The notes under the pieces were generated by a model that was not told where the DNA came from, searched no databases, and was given only the letters and a program-made list of their open reading frames with translations. DNA of 64,000 nucleotides, from positions 6,514 to 70,513 of the IMG/VR virus record IMGVR_UViG_3300044842_000287. The stretch is one strand, 5' to 3'. Shown here in pieces: positions 19,097 through 28,672 of the stretch. The first letter of the stretch is position 1; each line of letters begins with the position of its first letter. Position numbers and translations under genes: made by a program. This DNA is from a virus (taxonomy: Duplodnaviria; Caudoviricetes).

Positions 19097-20269
19097 CTAT
19101 TTTCCTCGGAAAGTCTGCCATGCCATCAGGATCGTCCCAATACCTGACAGAATTACCGGTAAAAACTTGATCATTTCAGAGGCGTCTTTGCGTTCAGCTG
19201 AACGTTGTTCCATACGCTCTTTGGTTTGCATCTCTTGCATCTTCATCAAGTGCGCTTGCCGTTCTCGCAGTTCATCCATGGTGAGGTTGAGACGAGTCCG
19301 TTCGGCTTCAGCGTCCTTGAGCGCGCGATCCCGCTCGAACACTTCGCGCTTGTACTTCAGTTCGGCTTCACTCCACTCCTGTTTTTGTTTGGCAAATTCG
19401 TGCTCCCGTTCTAGCCATTCTCGCTTCCTGGCTCCAGCGACATCGCCATTGGCCTTGGCCGCTTCGTAGCTGGCATAAATCCCCAACTCCTTTTCGATAT
19501 CTTCCATCGGGTAATGTCGCGTCGACACTTCGGTGGATGCGATACGTCCCGTCGATGGTCTGCTAGATACAATATACAGACCATCTGGTCTATTTTTATC
19601 CTTCTTGGGTGAGATCTTGTAAACCTGGTTACAGATCGGGATAAAACGGTCGCCATACCTTTCTACGTTGTCAATAATTTCTACCCAAAAGATGAAGCCG
19701 TGCTCGTCTTTCATCTTGAGCGCAGTCTCTTCAGCAGCACGTTGCCGACCAGGTGGGCTGTGCGGATGCGCTACCGAGAAAGGTTCGTCACCGAACTTGA
19801 ACAACATGTCGAGTTCATCGTGGTAGAACAGCCCACCACGCTCGCGTATGTCTTGCTCGCTGAACGTGTGTTCAATCGTGCAACGTAGTTCTTTGGTCTG
19901 GCCGAACTGGAAAACGTTATCGTACACCTGCATGTACGCTTTGCGGAAATACTCCAGTTCTTGGGTGCTGTGATTCATGTCCGGCAGCTTTGCGAAGTAT
20001 TGGTACATCGATTCGATGCACGCTATACTGACCACCAATTCTTTTCTTACGACGAACGTTTCATCGTGAGCGTGCGGGGTTCGTACTGGCACCGCAGGAA
20101 TTGTGAGTTCTAGATTCGAGCGCAGCTTAGCGCGGACGATCTGCCGGGTGTTGTTGATGTAGCGGGTATTGATTTGGAAATGCGACAAGCCGCCAGCGTC
20201 CGCATCACCCGGCTTGATGGCAGCAATACGGATCTTACCGTAAAACGTCACGATATCTTCTTGTTTCAT
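19097..20269 (-). CDS. Conserved hypothetical protein with C-terminal coiled coil and hydrophobic tail
   Basis: 390 aa; E/K/R-rich coiled coil; terminal FLPVILSGIGTILMAW; lies between MCP and the RNAP subunit. Confidence 0.65.
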   Translation of the reverse strand: MKQEDIVTFYGKIRIAAIKPGDADAGGLSHFQINTRYINNTRQIVRAKLRSNLELTIPAVPVRTPHAHDETFVVRKELVVSIACIESMYQYFAKLPDMNHSTQELEYFRKAYMQVYDNVFQFGQTKELRCTIEHTFSEQDIRERGGLFYHDELDMLFKFGDEPFSVAHPHSPPGRQRAAEETALKMKDEHGFIFWVEIIDNVERYGDRFIPICNQVYKISPKKDKNRPDGLYIVSSRPSTGRIASTEVSTRHYPMEDIEKELGIYASYEAAKANGDVAGARKREWLEREHEFAKQKQEWSEAELKYKREVFERDRALKDAEAERTRLNLTMDELRERQAHLMKMQEMQTKERMEQRSAERKDASEMIKFLPVILSGIGTILMAWQTFRGK

Positions 20270-20338
20270 GGCTTTGGCTCATTTCGTTTTATGTTGTTCG
20301 GACAGCGTGTACCTGCACACGGTTCTGTGATCAGTTTA

Positions 20339-20346
20339 GTGATATA
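20339..20346 (-). promoter_or_regulatory. TATATCAC, variant of the phiKZ early promoter motif
   Basis: One mismatch to TATATTAC; intergenic; AT-rich upstream. Confidence 0.4.
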
Positions 20347-20390
20347 TGCATGAAAATATCTAGAGAAATTTAGACGGCATAAGAAACTAG

Positions 20391-20416
20391 CCTCTCTACC
20401 CTTGCGGGTAGAGAGG
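20391..20416 (-). terminator. Hairpin downstream of the major capsid gene
   Basis: 11-bp stem, GCAA loop on minus, followed by TTTCTTATGCCGTC. Confidence 0.7.
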
Positions 20417-20511
20417 TAGCCCCAATGCTTGTGCGGAAGGATTGCTTACAACCATGGACGGAGGAGAGGGTCAGTGATTAGCCAACAACTCTCCTCCATC
20501 GCGCCGCCCAA

Positions 20512-22710
20512 TTAGGCGGTGTGCATGAACACCGGCACTTTGGCGTCGACCACGTCTTCGATGCCCGTGACGTCGATCTCGATCAGCAGCGGCAGGTTGA
20601 CGAAGTGGCGGAACGCCGGCGACACGGTGATCTCTTTCGAGGTCTGGCCGTCGCGCGACACCGGCAGGATGATGGTCATTTCCGGACGGTACATGGTGGT
20701 GCCGAAGTGCAGGACATTCGGGATGCCTTGCGCTGCGGTTTCCATGTTGCCGAACGTGACGTACAGCTTGCCGCGCAGGTTCTTGTTCGTGTCGGACACG
20801 ACCTTGACCGGGAACTTGTCGCCCAGCAGACGCAGGTCGCCGGTGATGTTCAGGTACTGCTCGATACGCGGATCGCAGGCGATGATGACCGTCGGGATCT
20901 GCGCGACGCCGCCGTTCTGCGATGCCGATGCCGGACCGTAGGACGACAGTTGCCACATCTTGTACACGTGGTCACGGATGAGGTTGACCAGCGATGCCTG
21001 GATGTCGGCAGCGCGTTCCGACGACTTGATCGAGTCGACCACTTCCGGAGCGTTGTACTCGTCGTGCGCGTAGTACGGGTCGAGCAGCCAGCGGGCCAGG
21101 CCGAAGGTTTCGACGGTTTCGCCCGGGATGTGGAACTGGCCTTGCATTGCGCGCATCGTGGCAGCGTGAGCTTGCAGCACTTCGACAGCGTCGATCGACG
21201 AACGGGTCTTCGTGGTGAAGATCAGGAACGACAGGTCGCGCGCGTCGTTGACGTCGCCGGCCGAGTGCGGACGCACGATGGTCACCGGTGCCAGCAGGTT
21301 CAGCGGGTAGAACTGGCGCTTGGTGTTCGTGTCCATCGTTTGGCCACGCAGACGACGGTTCAGGTTCGAACGCTTTGCAGCCAGCTTGTAGCCGACGACT
21401 TCGGCGCCTGCGAACAGGGCAGCGATGGTAGCGCCCGGACCCGAGGTGGCCGAGACTTGCACGCCGTTCTTGGCGACGGTGGCGACTTCCGGTGCCGGAC
21501 CGTAGACCGAACCGTTACCGAATTGCAGGTTCAGGCGACCCGAGACGTCGACGGCCAGGCGGACTTCGTAGTTGCCAGCGCCGATCGGGGCCAGCAGCAC
21601 GGAGGCAGCGCCCGAGACGGTCTTGGTGTTGCCGTTGACCAGCAGCGAGCTGTTCTGGAACGACAGCTGTTGGTCCTTGTAGTCGCCTTGCGAAGCGGCG
21701 TAGTAGGCGGCCTGCGGCAGTTCCTTGACGTTGAACGCGATGTATTCGGTCGTGGCGGTGCCGTCGACGGTGCCGTGGACGGCGATCAGCAGCTCTTCCA
21801 GGAACACGCCCGGATCGATCGAGTCGGTCTGGTTCGGCAGGCCCTTGGCCACCATCGTGTCGGTGTGCGAGATCGACAGCAGGTCGAACTTGGCGCCGGT
21901 CTTCAGGTAGCTGGTCGTGATGTCTTCGCCGTTGTCCATCTTGCGGACGATCGGGGCGACGGCCGTGTCGGGGACGAAGAATTGCTTGCTGTCGTCACGC
22001 AGGACCGGCACCAGGTCGGACGCGTCGTTCTGCAGCAGTTCCGGGTAGGTCTGCGCGCGGATGACGTTGTAGCGCTTGAAGTCGGTCACGGCGCCGCTGA
22101 TGGCGCGGTTGCTGTCGTTCTGGAGCAGGGCCAGGTCGATCGACATGAACAGGCCGGCTTCGTTCGGCGGGATCACGACGGTCGGGAACAGGGTTTCGGC
22201 CAGCTCGGATTGGCGGGCGCATTCCAGGTTGTAGGCGACCGAGAAGGCGATCGAGGTCGAGGTCGATTGCTCGTCGTAGGCTTCGTTGGCAGCGCGGCGT
22301 TCGAACGGGGTCGAATCGGCGACCGGCGACACCGTGATGCCTTCCAGGCTCATGGTCGGCTTGGTCGGGGCCGAGAGGGCGCCCTTCAGGTCGTGGCCGA
22401 GCATCGCGGCGATGGTCGCGGCCTTCAGCTGGTTCTGGTTGTAGTTGTGGGTGATGCGGCCGTCTTTGCCGGTCACGCCGAACGATTCAGCAGCGAACGA
22501 TTCGAACTTGTTCAGCAGTTGGGAAGCCGTGGTTTGCAGCGAACCGACGATGGCCGGGTTGTTCGAGATCGACTCGACGTTCAGCAGGTTCTTGCCGACT
22601 TCGCGCGATTCCGCCGAGAAAGCGAATTGCTCCACGATCGGTTGGGTGCGCGCCAGGAAGCCGCCCAGGCCACGGGTTTCCGGGCCGTTATTGAAGATGA
22701 TGCTTTTCAT
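20512..22710 (-). CDS. Major capsid protein (phiKZ gp120-like)
   Basis: About 732 aa; extreme codon bias of a highly expressed gene; propeptide with S/A-x-E sites (MSLEG, AANEAYDE); C-terminal ITVSPAFRHFVNLP; adjacent to DnaB as in phiKZ. Confidence 0.88.
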   Translation of the reverse strand: MKSIIFNNGPETRGLGGFLARTQPIVEQFAFSAESREVGKNLLNVESISNNPAIVGSLQTTASQLLNKFESFAAESFGVTGKDGRITHNYNQNQLKAATIAAMLGHDLKGALSAPTKPTMSLEGITVSPVADSTPFERRAANEAYDEQSTSTSIAFSVAYNLECARQSELAETLFPTVVIPPNEAGLFMSIDLALLQNDSNRAISGAVTDFKRYNVIRAQTYPELLQNDASDLVPVLRDDSKQFFVPDTAVAPIVRKMDNGEDITTSYLKTGAKFDLLSISHTDTMVAKGLPNQTDSIDPGVFLEELLIAVHGTVDGTATTEYIAFNVKELPQAAYYAASQGDYKDQQLSFQNSSLLVNGNTKTVSGAASVLLAPIGAGNYEVRLAVDVSGRLNLQFGNGSVYGPAPEVATVAKNGVQVSATSGPGATIAALFAGAEVVGYKLAAKRSNLNRRLRGQTMDTNTKRQFYPLNLLAPVTIVRPHSAGDVNDARDLSFLIFTTKTRSSIDAVEVLQAHAATMRAMQGQFHIPGETVETFGLARWLLDPYYAHDEYNAPEVVDSIKSSERAADIQASLVNLIRDHVYKMWQLSSYGPASASQNGGVAQIPTVIIACDPRIEQYLNITGDLRLLGDKFPVKVVSDTNKNLRGKLYVTFGNMETAAQGIPNVLHFGTTMYRPEMTIILPVSRDGQTSKEITVSPAFRHFVNLPLLIEIDVTGIEDVVDAKVPVFMHTA

Positions 22711-22815
22711 GGTTGTAACCAATCCTTACAGGAAAATGGGAAAGGAATTTTGCTTTGGGGCTTATTCAGCTCAAATGATTAGATAATTATCTACCGACAG
22801 AATGTCAGAACATAA

Positions 22816-23442
22816 TCAAACTAACGATTCAAGATACTTCCGGAAGTATGGTGTCTTGCACCCCGAAGAGGGCGTGTTGTACACATAGAATGTTTCCAAC
22901 ACTTGCTTGCACAAGGTGATCACATTCGCTGCATACGTTGTGCTATCGAAGAAGGCAGGATAGACCACGACGAGGAGGTAATCACGTTCCACGTCATAAG
23001 TAATAAAGGGTTCGTTGTGGTTCAGACGTCCAGCATTCGCTGGGTCAAACCGCATCGCCACTTCATTCTTGGCCAACTCACCCCACGACAGCGAGTTCAT
23101 CGTTTCCAGATTTTTGAACAATGCATTATCATTTGCATTGGAAGAACCTGCAACGCACTTACGCCACGCTTCATAGAGTGGGGCACCGAAACCACACTCC
23201 GTGATGCTGGTGCCACAGTCGACTTCGATCATACCGTACGTCGGCTGGTAACGTTCACCCTTCAGTTCGGCCTTGAACGGGTTCAGATCTTCAAAGAGCA
23301 GCATGTTGGCTTGCTCTTGGGCGCTGAAGAACTGGGCCATTTTGCGGTAGTCCAAAATGGTGGACAACGGCAGGTTATTACGTTGCAGCGCACCGGCAAT
23401 CCAGTACGGGACGTAAACGACATTTTTGTTTTGTTCCACCAT
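22816..23442 (-). CDS. Conserved hypothetical protein between MCP and DnaB
   Basis: 208 aa; syntenic core position; SD AAGGAG. Confidence 0.6.
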   Translation of the reverse strand: MVEQNKNVVYVPYWIAGALQRNNLPLSTILDYRKMAQFFSAQEQANMLLFEDLNPFKAELKGERYQPTYGMIEVDCGTSITECGFGAPLYEAWRKCVAGSSNANDNALFKNLETMNSLSWGELAKNEVAMRFDPANAGRLNHNEPFITYDVERDYLLVVVYPAFFDSTTYAANVITLCKQVLETFYVYNTPSSGCKTPYFRKYLESLV

Positions 23443-23562
23443 TGGTGCGACTCCTTGTGAAACCAGATTTAAAAAAGATGAGGCGAGCCTTTAGTATGTG
23501 GACCTAAGAGCTACTCATAGAAGAATAACGACAAACACAATAAACCTAACCTAACCAACATC

Positions 23563-25134
23563 ATGAACATTCAACTTTTGCTTGTCAGCGCGATCAGTTT
23601 GCTCTACCGCGAGAGCCAGCAAGTGGGTCATACCAATAACTCTGCCGAAGACGTCTTGAAGGTGGTCGATGAAGCCAAGGCACCGGACGTATCATTGGGT
23701 CGGGATATCAAAGATCGTACGACCGAAGTGTTGTTGGGATTGAAGGAGACAGCGTACTACATGGCCTGCCAACCTTACGACCATCAGTACGAACCCAACG
23801 AGCTGCTGCAACGGCTCAAAATGAACTGCGGTGACGACGACATCACCTACGAAGCCCTGCAAGGCGGCATCATGCCGGAACTGTCGGAAAGCGCACTCAA
23901 GCGCACTTGCATCAACCTACGCAACCAGATCCGCAACTACTTCCGTAGCAAAGATGTCGAACGCATCATCACGGAAGCGTTCAGCAAAATCAAGTTCAAC
24001 AAATCGAAAATCAATTCCATGCCAACCTACGTCATGGAGACCATGGAGAAGCTGGCACCGTACACCAGTAACCACATGGAGAAGGACCCAGCGGTCGTGG
24101 ACGAAGTCGATTTCGACAAGCCAGAAGAAGTGGCCAACGTGTTCCAAGCTGTCAAGGAAGGTGAGGAAGGTAGCACGATCCTGCGTCTGGGCCTGCAAGG
24201 CATGAACCGGATGCTCGATGGTGGTTATCGGCGCGGCGAAGCCGTGATCAGTCCGGCGGCACTGGCGCACAACTTCAAAACTGGCGGTAACTTGACTGAG
24301 TTTCGCCAGATCGCGGTCTACAACACCCCGGTGCTGCGCGACCCCACCAAGAAGCCCCTGCTGTTGCGGATCTCGTTTGAAGACAGCTTGAAAGAAAACT
24401 TCCAGTTCATCTACGAACAGTTCTACATGAACGATCACCGGGACGATGTGATCAAGGCATTGCCGGATCTGAACAGCAAAACCAAAGAAGAACTGGCTGA
24501 CTACATCATGCCACGCATGCAGGCCACTGGCTTTAAGGTGCGCATGATGCGGGTTAATCCGTCAGAATGGACTTACCTGGACGTGCAGAACAAAGTGCTC
24601 GCGATGGAAGCCGAAGGTTACGAGGTCATCGCGCTCTTCGTCGACTATCTGGCGATGTTGCCGACCACGGGTTGCATCATGACCACGGCGGGTTCCGATA
24701 TCCGCGACATGTTCCGTCGTATCCGTAACTTCTGCGCCCCGCGCCACATCCTGTTCGTGACGCCACACCAGCTCTCATCGGATGCCAAGAAGCTGGTCCG
24801 TGAAGGCACAGCCAACCTGGTGCGTACGCTGCCCGGCAAAGGCATGTACGACGGCTCCCAGCGTCTGGATCAAGAAGTGGACCTCGAAGTGTTCCAACAC
24901 ATCGAGTACGTGAACGGCAAAGCGTATCTGACCCGCCAGCGGGGCAAGCACCGTAAGACGAGGCAGACCCCGATGATCGACCGCTACGCCGCATGGCAAA
25001 TGCAAGAAGTCGGCAATCTGCTCGACGATGTAGACGGACCGGATACCACGCTGCGTAAGCCTGGAGCGGGTCCGATTGGCAGTGCCCGTGAAAACCCCGT
25101 ATGGGACTTTAATGGTTCCGACATGATGATGTAA
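23563..25134 (+). CDS. dnaB: DnaB-like replicative helicase (phiKZ gp118-like)
   Basis: Variant Walker A ALAHNFKTG; ISFED; Walker B FVDYLAML; TPHQLS; DQEVDLE; RGKHR. Confidence 0.85.
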   Translation: MNIQLLLVSAISLLYRESQQVGHTNNSAEDVLKVVDEAKAPDVSLGRDIKDRTTEVLLGLKETAYYMACQPYDHQYEPNELLQRLKMNCGDDDITYEALQGGIMPELSESALKRTCINLRNQIRNYFRSKDVERIITEAFSKIKFNKSKINSMPTYVMETMEKLAPYTSNHMEKDPAVVDEVDFDKPEEVANVFQAVKEGEEGSTILRLGLQGMNRMLDGGYRRGEAVISPAALAHNFKTGGNLTEFRQIAVYNTPVLRDPTKKPLLLRISFEDSLKENFQFIYEQFYMNDHRDDVIKALPDLNSKTKEELADYIMPRMQATGFKVRMMRVNPSEWTYLDVQNKVLAMEAEGYEVIALFVDYLAMLPTTGCIMTTAGSDIRDMFRRIRNFCAPRHILFVTPHQLSSDAKKLVREGTANLVRTLPGKGMYDGSQRLDQEVDLEVFQHIEYVNGKAYLTRQRGKHRKTRQTPMIDRYAAWQMQEVGNLLDDVDGPDTTLRKPGAGPIGSARENPVWDFNGSDMMM

Positions 25135-25162
25135 ATGCAATCAACGTAATACCCCTACCTCC

Positions 25163-25190
25163 CTCTCTAGCCTATTGTGTGGCTAGAGAG
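25163..25190 (+). terminator. Hairpin after dnaB
   Basis: CTCTCTAGCC-N8-GGCTAGAGAG followed by AGTATGTC. Confidence 0.55.
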
Positions 25191-25236
25191 TGGTGGGTAG
25201 TATGTCACTCCATTTTTACTAAAAATACTTCCAAGG

Positions 25237-27327
25237 GTGGCGGGGATGTTGCTGAGCAACTTGCGCAAAATGATTGGTAGCATTCATGTGACGGAAGAAG
25301 GTAACTTCATCCGCGTTGAAGGGCTACCCACGTACCAATACACCAACGATCTGATGCGCATCTGGCGCACCTCCAAGATCGGGCTGAATATGTTCAGCAA
25401 AATCACCAGCTCGTACGTGGTGTTTCACAAGTTCTTCCTGCCGGAAGTCATCTATACGCTGGAAAGCATTTTAGAAGACCCTAAGCGCGGCGGATACAAT
25501 TACCGGGCTCTCCGTAAGGCTGCTGAAGAATTACGCCGGGAAACGTGGTTTAAACACACCACAATGCGTTTTCCTGATATCTTGAACTTCCACGCCCTCG
25601 ATCGGCTCAACGTCAAGCTGTTCGACACTCAGATGGGGTTCCTCCACACCTACAATGAGAAGGTGCCACAGTTCAACCTGCAAGGGTATATGCTGGCCGC
25701 CGATCCCGGCACGGGCAAGACCATCAACTCGATCGCATGGTCGGAATGCCTCGACTCGGATTGCACCGTGGTGATCTCCCCCAAGAACGCCTTGGACCGT
25801 GTCTGGGCCGCAACGCTTTCCACCATCTTCAAGAAACCGGTGTCGTACTGGGTATCGTCGTCAGGTGAGCCGCTGGTGATGGGTAAACGTTTCTACGTAT
25901 TCCATTACGAGCAACTCGACCGGGCTGTGGAGTTCTTTAAGACTTATCAAGGTCGCAAGCCCACGGTGATTCTGGACGAATCGCACAACATGAACGAGAT
26001 CGATAGCCTGCGCACCAAGCTGTTTATCGAACTGTGCCGCGGTTCACTCAAAGCGCATCATGTGCTCTGGATGTCTGGTACCCCAATCAAAGCGATCGGT
26101 AAGGAAGTCGTGCCGCTTCTCAAGACAATCGACCCGTTCTTTGACAAGAATGCTGAAGAGCGCTTTATCGCCATCTTTGGTAAGTCCAGCTCCAAAGGCT
26201 TAGATATCCTCGCGAACCGGCTGGGTTATCTGGTGCACAAGGTCACCAAGGCCAACGTGATGAAGAGCGACGTCACAGAAATCGATTTGCCGGTCAAGAT
26301 CCCCAATGGCAACCAGTACACGTTGCAATCGGTGTCGCTGGAGATGCGCGAATTCGTCACCGAACGAATGGAGTATTACCGCATCAACTTCAAAAAGTAC
26401 GAGCAAGATTACGAGGCGGGCCTGCGTATTTGGGAAAACATTATCCGCCACGACAAGCACCACGAGGCGCGTTACGCCACGTACAAACGCTATGTGGCCA
26501 TGATCCGGCAGAATTACGATCCGGAGACTATGAAGGAGGAGTCCAAGTATTGTAACGCTTACGAGAAAGAGATCTTGACCCAGCTGGCCCAACCGTTCAA
26601 GGATCAGTTTCGTAACGCCAAGTCGGTTGTGAAGTATTACAACCTCAAAGTCCAAGGTGAGGCGCTCGGACGCATCTTGGGCAAGCGCCGGATGCAGTGT
26701 AACCTCGATCTGGCCACCAATGTGGATTACGAACCGATCATCGATGAAGCGCGCAAGAAGACCGTCATCTTCACGAGCTATATCGAGGTGGTGGATCGGA
26801 TTCACGACATGCTCAAAGAAAAGGGTTACAAGCCGCTGCGGGTGTACGGTTTGACCAACCACGATTTGCCGAATATCATCAACACGTTCGACAAAGACCA
26901 AGATGCCAATCCGTTGATCGCGACGTTCCAATCACTTTCCACAGCAGTGCCACTTATCATGGCTTCGACGGCGATGATGATGAATCGTCCGTTCCGTTCG
27001 GGTGAACTGGATCAAACCAAAGCGAGGATCGACCGGGTGGGACAAGACGGCGCGGTGATGTTCTACAATGCCGTGTTGGATACGGGCAACGAACCCAATC
27101 TGTCGACCCGGTCCGATGACATTCTGGATTGGAGCCGTAAACAAGTCTCGGAGATCATGGGTACACCCTTGACCGATGACCTGTCGTTGGAATCCTTGAT
27201 CGATCCGCGTTTCACTCAGATCACTCGGGAAGAGTGGGATGCCGATTCGGTCGCCGTCGAACTGCTGGAAGGTACCGACATCGTGCCGACCGTGGCGCAA
27301 CATAAACCCGTCTCCATGCGATGGTAA
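25237..27327 (+). CDS. SNF2/DEAD-like superfamily 2 helicase
   Basis: GTG start; DPGTGKT (motif I), ILDESH (DExH), MSGTP (motif III), QTKARIDRVGQ (motif VI). Confidence 0.85.
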   Translation: MAGMLLSNLRKMIGSIHVTEEGNFIRVEGLPTYQYTNDLMRIWRTSKIGLNMFSKITSSYVVFHKFFLPEVIYTLESILEDPKRGGYNYRALRKAAEELRRETWFKHTTMRFPDILNFHALDRLNVKLFDTQMGFLHTYNEKVPQFNLQGYMLAADPGTGKTINSIAWSECLDSDCTVVISPKNALDRVWAATLSTIFKKPVSYWVSSSGEPLVMGKRFYVFHYEQLDRAVEFFKTYQGRKPTVILDESHNMNEIDSLRTKLFIELCRGSLKAHHVLWMSGTPIKAIGKEVVPLLKTIDPFFDKNAEERFIAIFGKSSSKGLDILANRLGYLVHKVTKANVMKSDVTEIDLPVKIPNGNQYTLQSVSLEMREFVTERMEYYRINFKKYEQDYEAGLRIWENIIRHDKHHEARYATYKRYVAMIRQNYDPETMKEESKYCNAYEKEILTQLAQPFKDQFRNAKSVVKYYNLKVQGEALGRILGKRRMQCNLDLATNVDYEPIIDEARKKTVIFTSYIEVVDRIHDMLKEKGYKPLRVYGLTNHDLPNIINTFDKDQDANPLIATFQSLSTAVPLIMASTAMMMNRPFRSGELDQTKARIDRVGQDGAVMFYNAVLDTGNEPNLSTRSDDILDWSRKQVSEIMGTPLTDDLSLESLIDPRFTQITREEWDADSVAVELLEGTDIVPTVAQHKPVSMRW

Positions 27328-27335
27328 ACTGCTTG

Positions 27336-27363
27336 CCCTAGAGGACCGCGCGGTCCTCTAGGG
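27336..27363 (+). terminator. Perfect palindromic hairpin after the SF2 helicase
   Basis: CCCTAGAGGACC-GCGC-GGTCCTCTAGGG followed by GAGTATG. Confidence 0.6.
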
Positions 27364-27421
27364 GAGTATGTTGTCCAAAAACTATGAGGGGCTTTGCCTA
27401 AAAACCGCAAAGGGGAAAACG

Positions 27422-27778
27422 ATGGGCTATGATGAGATGGAACAAGTGGGGCCGTATCTACGGCGATTCTTTAACGACCACAACAAACGTTGGTACTATT
27501 ACCACTTATGCCCAGCCTGTGACGAACCGCACCAATACACACTACTGCAAGACAACATCGGCTGGACGTTCAATCACGATTACCAAAAGCCATCGTTCTA
27601 TCCATCGATGCGCCGCTCCTCTAACATTCCCCGAACGCCAGAAGAAAGAACCAATCGGGTAGAATACACCACCTGCCACTACTTCCTTATCGAAGGACGC
27701 ATCGACTACTGTACGGATAGCCCACACCATCTCGCTGGTAAATCCGTACCCTTGCCTGTTTGGCCAAAAAATAAATAG
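27422..27778 (+). CDS. Cys/His metal-binding protein (DUF6527-like)
   Basis: CPAC..PH, WTFN.D..KPSF.PS, CH.F...G.I.Y..D..H.LAG..V.LP pattern, recognised from memory; start reassigned after SD AGGGG. Confidence 0.6.
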   Translation: MGYDEMEQVGPYLRRFFNDHNKRWYYYHLCPACDEPHQYTLLQDNIGWTFNHDYQKPSFYPSMRRSSNIPRTPEERTNRVEYTTCHYFLIEGRIDYCTDSPHHLAGKSVPLPVWPKNK

Positions 27779-27787
27779 ACGGACATA

Positions 27788-27814
27788 CTCCCGCTCCCAT
27801 GATGGGGGCGGGAG
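27788..27814. terminator. Bidirectional hairpin between convergent genes
   Basis: CTCCCGCTCCC...GGGGGCGGGAG flanked by CATA and TATG. Confidence 0.7.
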
Positions 27815-27822
27815 CTATGCGC

Positions 27823-28215
27823 TTATTGGGCTTGTTGGGATACTTCGAGGGATTTTTTCAGCTCTTCCAGCTTGCCTTTGAGCTTGCCGGTGAAGCTCTC
27901 AGTGCTGACGCCGGAGTCCGGCAGCAGGCTGCCAGCCAGTTCTTCCGGATCGGCATCGGTGCCGGCCACGGCAGCATCAGCGACCGACGACACGAGGGCT
28001 TGGTCGATCGGTTTGATTTCGGGGATATTGCTCACAACCGTTTGCACGTCGCCCATCGTCACGATGATGTCGCCGAGCTGATCGATGTCGTTGGCGGTGT
28101 TGGTTTGGTCGATGGCCTTTTCGTTGGCTTCGTCAGCCGCGATGGCTTGTTCTTCGAGCGACAGCTCGGGTTGGGGTTGTTGCGTAGTGGGTGCTTTGAA
28201 GGAAAATTTTCGCAT
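27823..28215 (-). CDS. Small acidic protein resembling a head-protein propeptide
   Basis: 130 aa; S-x-E sites (LSLEE, VSTESF, KSLEV) like phiKZ-type prohead protease sites. Confidence 0.55.
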   Translation of the reverse strand: MRKFSFKAPTTQQPQPELSLEEQAIAADEANEKAIDQTNTANDIDQLGDIIVTMGDVQTVVSNIPEIKPIDQALVSSVADAAVAGTDADPEELAGSLLPDSGVSTESFTGKLKGKLEELKKSLEVSQQAQ

Positions 28216-28282
28216 GACAGTCTCTTTTCATTGAGGGTAAGAGTGTTTCATAACAATGGTACCAAAAAAGAAAAGACGGCAG

Positions 28283-28669
28283 AAAAAGGCTCAGGAACCC
28301 GTGAGGGCCCCTGAGCTAAGATCTTCTAAGGAACAAACACAAAGAGCAACCTCTGCCAACGAACCAGCTTCCGCGGATCTCGACAAGTGTAGCCAACACA
28401 GGGCCATCTACACCCCTAAGCCGATCTGGGGGTCGTCAGATCAACTTAGGGCTGCTATTCGGATTTACGCGTGCAAGCACTCGACCGAAAATCCCTCCTA
28501 ACAACTTGGCCGCTATCAGCAGCCCGTACCGTTCGTGTGTTTTCTTCCGCTCCATGTGGCAGCGAGTTAAGTGGGTTCTCCCGAAGCTACCCCAACAGCG
28601 GCTCATTTTCACACACCCTCTTCCCTTAACGCTACACGGTGAGTTACGCTAGGGCAGTGTTAATATCAC
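28283..28669 (-). ncRNA. Candidate structured non-coding RNA (~385 nt)
   Basis: Gap of about 450 nt without a credible ORF; TATG at 28669-28672; several nested helices; ends in a strong hairpin plus U-tract (28283-28316). Confidence 0.5.
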
Positions 28670-28672
28670 ATA

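Noticed and set aside
20521-22782. 753-aa plus-strand ORF
   Set aside because: Antisense shadow of the codon-biased major capsid gene; no SD or recognisable motifs.
28283-28669. tmRNA or RNase P RNA identity for the ncRNA candidate
   Set aside because: GGGCTGCTATTCGGATT only loosely resembles a tmRNA 5' end; there is no intact T-arm plus CCA or tag frame, and no RNase P P4 motifs.
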